A DNA stretch of 64,000 nucleotides from Octopus vulgaris (taxonomy: Eukaryota), in assembly GCA_951406725.2 (NCBI GenBank), contig OX597819.1, forward strand, positions 54,436,001 to 54,500,000, in the 5' to 3' direction. The notes under the pieces are model-generated. The model was not told where the DNA came from. It saw only the letters and a program-made list of their open reading frames with translations, and did no database searches. The position numbers were made by a program, and so were the translations under genes. Shown piece by piece: positions 52,328 through 64,000 of the stretch. Each line of letters opens with the position of its first letter. Position 1 is the first letter of the stretch.

Positions 52328-53339
52328 TGCTTAGTGTAAAAATGTCTTTGCCCTGTCAAAAAATGATGGATGGATTTCCATTCGACCTCCGACCTGAGTT
52401 GGGTCACTGAAGGATTCAACTGGACAGCAGGTGACCTAGATAGGTACAAACTACTCCTACGGTGTCTCTTCAAGCTACGATGACCATTATAAATACGGTT
52501 TCCTTAGACACATGACAGATAGCCATATGGCTTGCGACAGATAAGCAGTCAACAGATGAGCCACATAGTCAGCATGAGCGAACGATGAACATCTAGAGAG
52601 CCAACAATACAAGACAGTATCAATTGAAGAGCACAAACAGACAGGACAGAAAAACAGCACGACCCAACCAAATGACAAACGCACACAATGATCCAAAAGA
52701 TGCCTTTCAAATCAACATTCTACTTGTTTTTTTCTGCCTTTGTCGACTCGAAGCAGTTGACTTTATGTAGCAACCTTTATTGATAATCGAATCAAGCTTT
52801 GTGTATCCAACACGTAGATGCAACTGTTGATCAAATAAATTATTCAAACTATATCCCGATGCTTTCCTCATTGTTTTCTTTTGATGTCGTCCAACAAGCC
52901 TATAGCCTATCTTCATCTGCTACACCCGACAACATACACATCCTGCTACAAGAGTAAGTTGTTATCTAGGTCATTTACACACCATGGAAATCATATAATC
53001 GGTCTTGAATGTCTTGGTGCACAAGAAAAAAATAATCCATTAGAATAAATGCAGATAATCATAAAGTAATGCATAAATCATTTTAGTTTCAACACATAGT
53101 CTCAGATCAAATCACTGGCTGGCAAGTACTTCACCGAAATAAAAATCGTATCGCAAGATGCAGATCGATGCACCAATCACGACCGTACTATGTTTTATTC
53201 TGACAGGGATGTGAAGAAGATTTGGCTGTTATTTCTAGCAGAGCAAGGGGTCTCGCTGACTCAGTTATCTGTTGTGTACTTGTTTACTTACTAAGCTTGC
53301 TCGCATATTAATAACACACACACTCACTTTTTTCCTCTC

Positions 53340-53862
53340 ATGATTTTCAGGATCTAGTTTAGCGCCCGGATCGTGTGAACTTTCCGACAGTCCTCTCCCC
53401 ACCCATTTGGAAAACATTTCCTCCACTAATTTCTCTATAATCGTAATCTATACTGTTTGAAAGGTGTTTCTGTAAAATTTCATTAAAATATATCTATTTT
53501 CCTGAAACTTATGAGGGGAAAAAAACCGGATCGTGTGAATTTTCGGGAATCCTCTCCCCACCCCTTCGAAAAACATTTCCCCCAGAAATTTCTTTATAAT
53601 CGTAATTTATGTCATTTGAACGGTATTTCTATAAAATGTCATCAATATATATACATTTTCCCGAAAGTTATGATGGAAAAATCGGATCTTCTGAATTTTC
53701 TGAAACTCCTCTCCCCACCCAGCCCCGTTCATTTGCGCAAGTTTTTGTTTTCATATTCGTTTTCTACACATTTTTTTTTTTACACCCAGTAGGCTGTTCT
53801 TTTTTCGTTTTCGTGACCAGGTCTTAAACTGTATTTTGACCGACTACCAAACAAATCCATAG
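53340..53862. repeat. ~158-bp tandem array (2.3 units), possibly within a Helentron/HINE-like element
   Basis: cggatc...gaa.tttc.g.....cctctccccaccc recurs at ~53366, ~53526 and ~53682. Confidence 0.65.
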
Positions 53863-53864
53863 AT

Positions 53865-56582
53865 TTTCTTTTCTTTTCTTTTATTTATTATTTATTATGA
53901 TTTTATTTTTTTGTTTTATTTTTTGTTTTATTTTATTATATTTATTTCATTCTATTTTTTTATTTAAAAATTTTTGTTATTTTATTTATTTTTTTATTAC
54001 ATTTTATTTTTTAAATTTTATTTTATTTTATTTTTTATTTTATTTAATTATATTTTTTATTTTTTTAAATTTTATTTTTTAAAATTTTATCTTATATTAT
54101 TTTATTCATTTTTCTAATTTAATTTTTTTAATTTTTTTAATTTAATTTTATTTAATTTATTAAAAAAACCTTTTATTTATTTTTATTTTATTTTATTTAT
54201 TTTATTTTTTAATTTAATTTTATTTTATTATTTTTTATATTTTATTTTATTTTATTTTTTAAAATTTTATTCCATATTATTTTATTTTACTTAATTTTTT
54301 TTTATTTTATTTTATTTTATTTCATTTTTTATTTTATTTATATTTAATTTGATTTAATTTTTTTCTTTTATGATTTTTATATTTTTTTTAATCTTAGTTT
54401 ATTTTATTTATATTTTTTATTTTATTCAATTTTATTGTTTTTATTTAATTTTTTATTTCATTTAATTAAATTTTTTAATATTTTTAAAATTTTATTTTAT
54501 ATTATTCATTTTATTTTATTTATTTAATTTTTTTATTTTATTTTTTATTTTACTTTTCATTTAATTTAATTTAATTTTTTTTTATGTATTTTATTTTTTA
54601 ATTTCATTGTAATTTATTATTTTTTTATATTTTATTTTATTTCATTTAAAAAAAATTTTGTATTTTATTCTATTTTTCCATTATTTATTTATTTTTTTAT
54701 TTCATTTTTATTTTTTAATTTAATTTAATTTTTAAGATTTTATTTTATTTTATGTTTTTTTAAATATTTTTTATTTTATTTTCTTTTATTTTTTATATTT
54801 TTTATTTTAATTTATTTAATTTTCAAAAATTTTATTCTCTTTTATTTTATGCACAACTTGTATAACTCAATATCCTAAAATATTATATCTAATAACAAAT
54901 ATTAAATTTATTCTAAACTATTACTAAACCACAAAATATAATTTATAAATCATAGTTACAAAATAAATTTAAATTTGTATTTTTAAAAAATTTTTTATTT
55001 TATTTGAAGAAAATTTTTTCATTCATTTTAAAAAATTTTATTGTTTTAATTTATGTTATCTTATTTATTTTTTAAAATTTATATTATTTTTTATTTTTTT
55101 ATTGTATGTTATGTTGTTTTTTATTTTATTTCATTTTATTTGAAATTAAATTAAATTAAATGAAAAAATGAAATAAGATCAAAAACTTTTTTAATTAAAT
55201 AAAATAAAATTTTTAAAAATCAAATAATAAAAAATAAAATAAAAAAATTTTATTTTATTTTTTTATTATTTGATTTTTAAAAATTTTATTTTATTTAATT
55301 AAAAAAGTTTTTGATCTTATTTCATTTTTTCATTTAATTTAATTTAATTTTTTATTTTATTTTATTTTTTAATTCTTGTTTTTTCATTTTATTTTTTGAA
55401 ACTTAATTTAATTTAATTTTATTCCTTGTTTTAAAATTAAAAAGAAATTTTTTTAATTCATTTTTTTCCTTTTATTTTATTTTTTATTTTATTTTATTTT
55501 ATTTTATTTATCTATTTTTATTTATTTTTTATTTTATGTTATTTTTCATTTTATTTATTTTATGTTTTAATTTAATTTTATTTTCTTTTATTTTATTTTT
55601 AAAAATAATTATTTAAAACATTGTTTTAGTATATTTTTTAATTTATTTTTTATTTAATTTAATTTATTTAATTTAATTTTCTATTATTTTATTTTATTTG
55701 TTTATTTTACACTGTTTTTTATCTTATTTTATTTTTCATTTTATTTTATATTTAATTTAATTAAATTTCATTTTTTATTTCATTTTCTTTTTTCTTTTTT
55801 TTATTTTAAGTTATTTTATATTTTTATTGTAAGTTATTTTTTTAAATTAAAAAAAAAATTTTTTTTCTATTTTTTTTTATTTGTTTTAGTTTAAAAATTT
55901 TTTTAAATTTTATTTTATTCTTATTTTATTTTATCTTTTTTTCTTATTTTATATATTTATATTTTTTTAATATTTTATTTAATTTTTTTTTCATTTTATT
56001 TTATTTTTTTTTCATTTTTATTTTATTTTATTTTTTTAATTTAATTTATTTTACTTTATTTACTTTATTTATTTATATTTATATGTTTTTATTTTATTTT
56101 ATTGTGTTATTCGTTATTTTAGTTTTTATGTTTTTTTTATGTTATTGTTATTTATTTATTTATATTGTTCTTTATTTTATTTTTTAAAATTTAATTGAAT
56201 TTTATTTAATTTGTTATTTTATTTTATTTTTTAATTTTATGTCATTTTATTTGTTTATTATTTTTATTTTGTTTTATTTCATTTTATATTGTTTATTTTA
56301 TTTAAATTTTTTATGTTATTTTATTTTATTAAAAATTTTTTTTATTTTATCTTATTTTATTTTATTTAAAAAAATTTATTTATTTATTTATTTTATTAAA
56401 ATTTTTTTTATTTGTTAATTTAATTAATTTTATTTATTTTATTTTATTTTGTTTTATTGAATTTAATTTTTATTTTTTATTTTATTTTATTCAATTTCTT
56501 TTCTTTCCTTTTCTTTTCTTTTTTTAATTTCTATTATTTTATTTATTTTTCTTTAAATTTTGTTTCATTTTATTTTATTTTA
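53865..56582. repeat. 2.7-kb extremely AT-rich (TTTTA-type) low-complexity tract with an internal ~200-bp palindrome
   Basis: Almost only T/A, T-biased; 55143-55245 is the reverse complement of 55247-55350. Confidence 0.9.
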
Positions 56583-56583
56583 A

Positions 56584-56812
56584 GGCGGCGAGCTTGCAGA
56601 ATTGTTAGCATGGTGGACGAAATGCTCAGCGCTATTTCGCTCGTCACTGTGTTCTGAGTTCAAATTCTGCCAAGGTCGACTTTGCCTTTCGGGGTCGATA
56701 AATTAAGTAACAGTGAAACACTAGGGTTTATGTAATAGACTAATCCCCTCCCCACAGTTTCAGGCCTTGTGCTTATAGTAGAAAGGATTATTATTATTAT
56801 TATTATTATTAT
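56584..56812 (+). mobile_element. SINE family B with (ATT)n tail
   Basis: ggcggcgagcttgcagaattgttagc...gttcaaattc...ggtcgataaattaagt...(att)n. Confidence 0.85.
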
Positions 56813-58338
56813 TCGCCATCTGGTATTGGTTTTATATTTTCGTTTACTTGCTTCAGTCATTGGGTGGTGGTCATGCTGGGGCACCACCTTGAAGTGTTTT
56901 ATTCAACTAAAACTCTTGAAGGTGGTGTACCCGGCACGGTTACAGTACAAAGACCGAAATAAGTAAAAGATCAAACGATATAAGGAAGGAGAGAAGGAGG
57001 GATCCAATTCTCTTTATATTCAGACATTCCATCACGTTTTTGGTTTGCTTCGTGTTTGTAAAAACGCTATTTATAGATATATTTTTTATTGGGATTAATA
57101 TTGATTTCTTGCGGCTTGACTGATTATCAATGTCTTATATGGGGGTGGGGAGAATCAATTGAATCAGTTTGAAACATAGTATGTTGCTGTTAATTAACAA
57201 CTTTTTAAGAACCGACTTCGGTGGGAGGAAAGACAAAAAACTTCTTCCATTCATATTTGAACCCAGTGCCTAGAGCACTCAACAGCTTCGGTCAATGTTA
57301 CTGCCATTACTGTTGCTATGGTCTTGGATTAGCAGAATCGTACACAATAACTTGCGATTTTTAATAACTGCTCTTTACTCCCTGAGTACAAATCATAGCG
57401 AGGTCGATAGAATAAGTAATAATCAAGTAAAGATTTCAATACAATCGACTACATCCCTCCGCCATCTAAATATGATACCTATGTGAGAAATCACTGTATG
57501 TGTAACAACGTAAAGGATTTCTCCCCTCTAATCAGTTTTGACCGATGAATGCTTCAAGAAAGATCAAGTGGTCAGCTTATTTTCATAAATTTCTTAGTGC
57601 AACAGGTTAAAACAATAGGCCGATAACTCATAGAAAAATTGTGGATTAGGTTGAATGCTAGTTTAGAATGTTGGTAGCTATTCGTTACATATGTATTAGT
57701 AGCTTTGAATGACAGACCCAGCAGAGTAATAGAATAAATTACCATAAGGTATTTAGTTAAGTAGGGATGGAAGAGAAATCTAGTTCCATTAAGTGTGTAG
57801 AGTGAAACTGCTGAATCCTAGTGATGTAGCTAGACTATGTGTCTGGCGACTCAATTCTAATCTATGTATGCTGTATGGTATTGTCAATAAATAAAAACTA
57901 TGGGGCCCAGTGCACTGATTTGCTTAGGGGCCTATAATGTCGCTAAGACGACCCTAGTGTGCCCCTTGGGGCAACCCTTGAATTTGCCGACCTCCAGTGG
58001 GTCCTCTAGCTTATGCAGACTAATACAGCAGACCAAGGAGTGCCGCCTTCTTAAAGCGTCACCCAGGGCGGCTACCCACGCTACTGCTCAATCTACCATC
58101 CGTCTATTTTTGTCAAATCTACCACCATTATTGTTACTGGGGTTGTGGATAAAGTGCTTTATGAACAGGGTAGTCATTCACAAAGGAATTTAAATTACTA
58201 ACTACACAGTTCACGAACCTCTCTCCTCCAATGAATTAAGATAGTAATAACATTTCTATAGTAACATAATATTTACAGCCTTATCAATAACGGATTTGTA
58301 CCAAGGAAAATATAGTTAACATTATTTTACTTGGCATG

Positions 58339-58749
58339 TACTCTCTTTTACTCTTTTACTTGTTTCAGTCATTTGATTGTGGCCATGCTAGAGCACCGCC
58401 TTTAGTCGAGCAAATTGACCCCAGGACTTAATCTTTGTAAACCCAGTACTTATTCTATCAGTCTCTTTTGCTGAACTGCTAAGTTACGGGGACGTAAATA
58501 CACAAGCATTGGTTGTCAAGCGATTTTGGGGGGACAAACACAGACACACAAACATACACGCACACATATATATATACATGTATATGACAGGCTTCTTTAA
58601 GTTTCCATCTACCAAATCCACTCACAAGGCTTTGGTCGGCCCGAGGCTATAGTAGAAGACACTTACTCAAGGTGCCATGCAGTGGGACTGAACCTGGAAC
58701 CATGTGGTTCGTAAGCAAGCTACTTACCACACAGCCACTCCTACGCCTT
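58339..58749 (-). mobile_element. SINE family A, full length
   Basis: Reverse complement of the consensus, from the aaaagag tail to the ggcgtaggagtggc head. Confidence 0.9.
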
Positions 58750-58794
58750 AAATGTAGACAGACGAAATACCGTTAAGCATTTTGCCTAAATCAA

Positions 58795-59757
58795 TATGAA
58801 TGATCACCCGTGAAAACGGCCCCTAGATACTTAAACTTCACCTGATTTGGTGGAATGCAGTTGGCATTGCACAAGCCTCTTTGAGAGGACGAGTAGCACT
58901 GATTTTCATTCTTGCTGAGCAGCACTTGGCAGCAAACCTATCAAATGCATGTCAAAAACATCTTCTGACAAGTTGAGTAGAACTATGTTGTCTGCGAATT
59001 CCAGCCGACTGTTCCTACACCCACCAGTCTCGATATCATTTTCAACCTGGCTGCGCATGTCAATATTGTTCATAAAAATTAAGAAAAGGAGAGGTGATAG
59101 TGCGCACCTTTGGTGGTGTCCGACACCCACATTGAATGGTTTCAGCTTGGCACCATTTATCCATACTAGGGTATTTGTATGCGGATTTTAAGACAAGATC
59201 CCATACTCCTGCAGTACCTTCCATGACAAGTCCCACATCTAGCTTCAGAAGAAGGCTGGTAGGTGTAAAAGCTAAGCTCATATCTTCACTTCGGTGTTTG
59301 TGCCTATCCTTAGCTATGGCCATAAATCTTAGGTAGTGACCGAAAGAGTACAATTGCAAATACAAGCAGCCGAGATGGGGTTCTTCTGAAGGGTTTTTGG
59401 AGTACATTACTCAATAGAATGTGTAGCTGGGTGACCAGAGAAGCGCTCCAGGTTGAACCGCTACTTTTCTGAATTGAGAGACCACATCTCCGATACTACA
59501 AACATGTGCTAAGAATATCTCATGAAAGAATCACTGACATGTTTTACAGGCAAAACTAACTGGCAGGGAACCTAGAGATTGACAACGAGCAAGATGGTTG
59601 GATAACATTCATGAGTTCGGTTGATCTTGCTTGGGGATCCAGACAGATTAACTGGAGACAGTTGCTTCTGATAAGACCTGATGGAAGGCATGCTTGATGA
59701 CTCTGCCCCCACGACCCTCCCAAGAATGAGTGGGCAAAGAAGATGAGATGAGATGAA
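58795..59757. mobile_element. RTE LINE remnant with an inverted 5' segment
   Basis: Minus strand ~59240-58800: GVGHHQRCALSPLLF, EFADNIVLL, FKYLG; plus strand ~59245-59757 carries the downstream RT C-terminus and a (GATGA)n tail. Confidence 0.75.
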
Positions 59758-59884
59758 TATAAATTATATCTTAGAATTTGTTAAGTTCATGCATTGTCCT
59801 AAAACTTGAATAATCTAAATGGATTGAAATGTCATGGTTTCAAATATAATACAAGCCAAATATAATATAAGAACTTGTATAGAT

Positions 59885-60076
59885 CAGTGCTCCGCAACTA
59901 GTATGTCGCGGCACACTGGTGTGCCACGAGACGATGCTATGTGTGCCACAGTGTAACCTGAATATAATTTTTTTCCATATACTTTTAGTTATATTTTTAG
60001 TTCAGGTGTGCCGCCAAATTTTGAAAAGAGCTTAAGTGTGCCGCACATGAAAAAAAAAAATGGTTATGGAACACTG
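59885..60076. mobile_element. hAT MITE
   Basis: cagtgctcc ... ggaacactg TIRs; 8-bp TSD gtatagat / gtatagag; gtgtgcc subterminal repeats. Confidence 0.85.
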
Positions 60077-60429
60077 GTATAGAGTAATAAAAATGTGGAT
60101 TTGCTTATCTCATTGGCATTAAGAAGAGAACTGTTTACGTTGGAGTAGGCTGCAGTCTGGTGAATTAACATTCAGTATAATATTGGTATTATTTTACTCT
60201 TTATTTGATTTTCTTACACAGGATAATAGTCTATTTATTGATTTATGACTTGATCACAAGGCCAGTCTCAGCTCGTTGATATATTTTGCTCTCAAATGTC
60301 GACTCCCGACAAGACTTGGATGAAATTATGAAGGGATTCTGTAAATACTAAAACGTATTTAGCCTGGCATTCTACCGTTTCTCTTGCTCCAATGATTTCG
60401 TGGTGATAAAGATGATAGTGATGGTGGTT

Positions 60430-60640
60430 TCCAACTTAGGAACAAGACCAGCAATTTTGAGAGGAGGAATTTATTTGCTACCATTTACCTCAGTACTCAA
60501 TTGATACTTAATTTTATCGCTTTCCCCTCCGGAAGGAATAAAAGCAAAGTCGACCTTGATGGAATTTGAACTCAGAACGTAAAGAACTGGAACAAATACT
60601 GCAAGGCATTTTACCCGACTGCCTAACGATTTTGCTATAC
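60430..60640 (-). mobile_element. SINE family B
   Basis: gcaaagtcgacc..ggaatttgaactcagaacgtaaag is the reverse complement of the SINE B head. Confidence 0.75.
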
Positions 60641-60860
60641 CATCTCTCTTAAGTGTTTGTAGCATAGATACAAGGCTTGAAATTCTGAAAGTTGCGAGAG
60701 GGGGTTTGTCGACACCAATGGCCTCAGTATTTGATTGGCACTTTATTTTTGTCGACCCTGGATGGACGAAGTTGTCCTAAAAAATTGCGATAGAAACTGT
60801 AAATGACGACACTGACATCCTATAATTTCCTGTAAACAATGTTTGTAGCATAACCAATGT

Positions 60861-61485
60861 ATAGGCGCAGGAGTGGCTGTGTGATAAGTAGCTTGCTTAC
60901 CAACCACATGGTTCCGGGTTCAGTCCCACTGCATGGCACCTTGGGTAAGTGTCTTCTTCTATAGCCTCGGGCTGACCAAAGCCTTGTTAGTGGATTTGGT
61001 AGACAGAAACTGAAAAGAAGGCGGCAAGCTAGCAGAAACGTTAGCACGCCGGGCGAAATGCTTTACGGTATTTCGTCTGCCGTTACGTTCTGAGTTCAAA
61101 ATCTGCCGAAGTCGACTTTGCCTTTCATCCTTTCGGGGTCGATTAAATAAGTACCAGTTACGCGCTGGGGTCGATATAATCGACTTAATCCGTTTGTCTG
61201 TCCTTGTTTGTCCCCTCTGTGTGAGTACCTTGTGGGCAGTAAAGAAATAAGAAACTGAACAGAAGTATATATATATGTGTGTGTGTGTTTTTGTCCCCCC
61301 CCAACATCGCTTGACAACCGATGCTGGTGTGTTTACGTCACCGTAACTTAGTGGTTTGGCAAAAGAGACCAATAGGATAAGTACTAGGGTTACAAAGAAT
61401 AAGTCTTAGGGTAGAAATGCTCGACTAAAGGCGGTGCTCCAGCATGGCTGCAGTCAAATGACTGAAACAAGTAAAAGAGTAAAAG
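60861..61485 (+). mobile_element. SINE A with a full-length SINE B nested at 61021-61249
   Basis: TSD agaaactgaaaagaag (61005-61020) / agaaactgaacagaag (61250-61265). Confidence 0.9.
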
Positions 61486-63099
61486 TGTAAAGAGTATAGA
61501 ATATACATATATTTAATACTAGCTTAAAAGCCGCACTCCAAATGAAGTGCAGATTTTCAATCCCGGGGTCATCCTGATTCCCAAAAGGTATTATATGTCT
61601 ATGTAGAGCAAATGTAGACTGAGATTCAGGGGTCCCGGACAGACAGAATTTCACATTTATTGTTATAAATAATATGAATACCATGCAAATATTTTGTATA
61701 AGATAAAGATAGTCACACTTTTCAATGATGTTCATTACTGGACAGAATACATTGGAATAGTGTATCTCAGCTGCTCCTTCCGAAATACTTAACCTATCAA
61801 TAGAGTTTGGTATACATAAAGGTAGACGTGGTTTAATGAGGGAGTGTTTTATGTTTTTTGTATTAAATTTTGGTATGTCAATGACGTTATTTCCAGTTTC
61901 TGTTGCAATTTACTTTCACTTTTTTATGACTAGACTGCATGTTAATCCTTTATTTTCATCAACTCCAGAAGGATAAATGTGAAGCTAATTTGAACCCAGA
62001 ATATGAAAGAGCCTTAACTAAATATCACCAAGATATTCTGTAACAACAGCAACAACAACAACAACACATCTAAAAGATAACATAAACAAGTTTTATTCAA
62101 GGAAAATAAATGCTACAATGTAATATACTATCCTAATGATTAGTTTGTAGATATAGTTCGAAGATTGGATCATTACAATATTTGCTGCTATCATACCTAA
62201 GAACACTAACAGTGAGGTTGTAGCTAAAAGTGTATCCAAAAGCAAGCTTAGTACAACATAAAAAATTAAAGGTAATATGACGAGGTTTAATAGAACCAAT
62301 ACTACAAGCATTTTCCTATTGATTTATTTTCATTCTTCCTCAAAGCTGTACAAATATATTTCATCCGTTTGTCTTTTTTTTTTATTTGTATGAAGGCGAG
62401 AAGTTGTTTATACGTCGACGATGTCAGAAATGGCATCTGCAAGCAGAAGGAACGAAAGAATTTAACGTGAAAATTGGATGATGTTATATATATTATGCAG
62501 GTACTGGCTTTTTCTAGGATCGTGTTTTAGTTTTTTTATGTTGTTGTGGGCCTTTGAGCAGAAAATAAAAAAGAAGCAAAACAAAAACGAATATATATAG
62601 TGTAAACAGAATGCTGGTACTTCATATTTCGTATGTATATGCGGATATGCATGGTATTGTAGTACTATTTTGACTATATTGCTAATAATGGAATCTACGT
62701 ATTGTTTTTCTAGTATTAGCGTTATTAATAATAATATGAATGATGATATTGGTAGCATTAGTGGTAATGACAATGATAATGATGCTAACATTAAGGACAT
62801 TTTGGAAATTAATAAGAATTAATATAATGTACCCTTGACTCTGTATATCTGCATTTAGGTATTAATATGTGTATGTTTTTCTACATTGTAATTATCACAA
62901 TATTAAGTTGAAAAACTGTAACATTGAATGTGGAACATATGTATGTTTATCAATTTATATTATTTATATCATTATGTATATGTATATTTATATGTATAGG
63001 AGTATGAGTATATGCATTCATATATATATGTATATGTCTTATTATGGGTATGTACCCACACCTATATAAGTATGTATGTAATCTGATTTGTATCACATA

Positions 63100-63226
63100 A
63101 TCTCCGAAGAGGCCTTAGGATATTTTTGTAAATGTCTCATTTATAACTACATATTGACCTACCATAAATGGCTAATATAAGTAAAATGAGACATACTTAT
63201 CTACATGGCCGAAACAGCTGTAAGAT
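63100..63226 (+). ncRNA. Minimal type-I hammerhead ribozyme fold (CCGAAGA core, long stem II)
   Basis: atct-CCGAAGA-ggcc[~92 nt with atgtctcattt/aaatgagacat stem]ggcc-GAAA-cagctg-TA-agat. Confidence 0.7.
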
Positions 63227-63718
63227 GTAGTCTATATTTATATTTATGTGTACTTATATTTATTTTCTCTTATACATATTCTACTCATTGTATAACATTA
63301 CTCTTTTATGTACACTGTTTTGCCCTACATTATTATGTTTAACCTTATAGTTTCTTATGTGGTGGTTTAATAAAGTATGTGATTGAGTATTATCTGGTAA
63401 TTGATATTTGATTTCGATGTATTTCTCCATTTTCTTATTTTGTATTATGAATTTGTGGTAAAACATTTTACCTTTGCCCTTATAATACAGTAAATGAATT
63501 AACTGCATCACAATTCTTAACATTTATGTATTAACTTTGTTGGGTACTTCACTAGCAGTATATTGGATATATGTTATCCCATGGAGGGTTGCATTTACAA
63601 CCCCCATCTCAATTTGTATATATATACATACATATATTTAGATTCAGATGAATATGGTACTTAAGTTAAAGGCACCAGAATTTTGTATGGTATTATCCAT
63701 ATAAATCAAATGGGGTGA

Positions 63719-63994
63719 TTATAATCAAAATAAGCAACAATGATGTCCAAGGTAGAGTAGTACAATTGTTTCATGCTACTTCATTTTATTAAACACTGTA
63801 AGTATTACATCAGTTTTAAAATGTCCAATTAAACGGACAATGCACATTCTTATCCTTAATTCATTTGCCAACATTACAAAGAGGGTAGATATTTAGACAG
63901 AGAGGTTAATTTCATCATTAAGAATGTGCATTGTCCGTTTAGAAACAATTGTACTACTCTACCTTGGTCATCCTTGTTGCTTATTTTGATTATA
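63719..63994. repeat. Nested inverted repeats (Penelope pLTR-like foldback)
   Basis: 63719-63772 vs 63942-63994, and 63831-63852 vs 63919-63940, are near reverse complements. Confidence 0.8.
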
Positions 63995-64000
63995 CATACA

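Noticed and set aside
60862-60935. tRNA-like sequence (also at other SINE heads)
   Set aside because: A/B boxes continue into SINE bodies present in many diverged copies; no intact cloverleaf.

Overview
AT-rich, microsatellite-rich eukaryotic genomic DNA. The SINE/LINE families and the (TA/CA/GAT)n content suggest an octopus (cephalopod mollusc); this is inferred from recall, not from a search. Positions 1.2-5.3 kb carry the last four coding exons (PDZ1, PDZ2, C-terminal tail) of an X11/Mint/LIN-10 (APBA) gene on +. About 11 kb of transposon-free sequence follows and ends in a clear poly(A) site at ~16.4 kb, probably a very long 3'UTR. From 17 to 64 kb the sequence is transposon-rich: two tRNA-derived SINE families, RTE-type LINE remnants (one with a PHD finger inside RT, two with 5' inversions), Tc1/mariner relics, hAT/piggyBac/Mutator-like MITEs, a Penelope-like element, a CRE-like endonuclease fragment and a deleted Gypsy LTR element with a perfect tRNA-Trp primer site. 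Embedded in this are an intact single-exon LicD-family phosphotransferase ORF (37958-38971, +) and, divergent from it, a decayed multi-exon, possibly glycosyltransferase-like pseudogene on - (~30.9-36.2 kb) that the ORF track mostly misses. The most unusual signals are minimal type-I hammerhead ribozyme folds with a non-canonical CCGANGA core in two unrelated repeats (63.1 kb; 23.8/40.1/41.2 kb).
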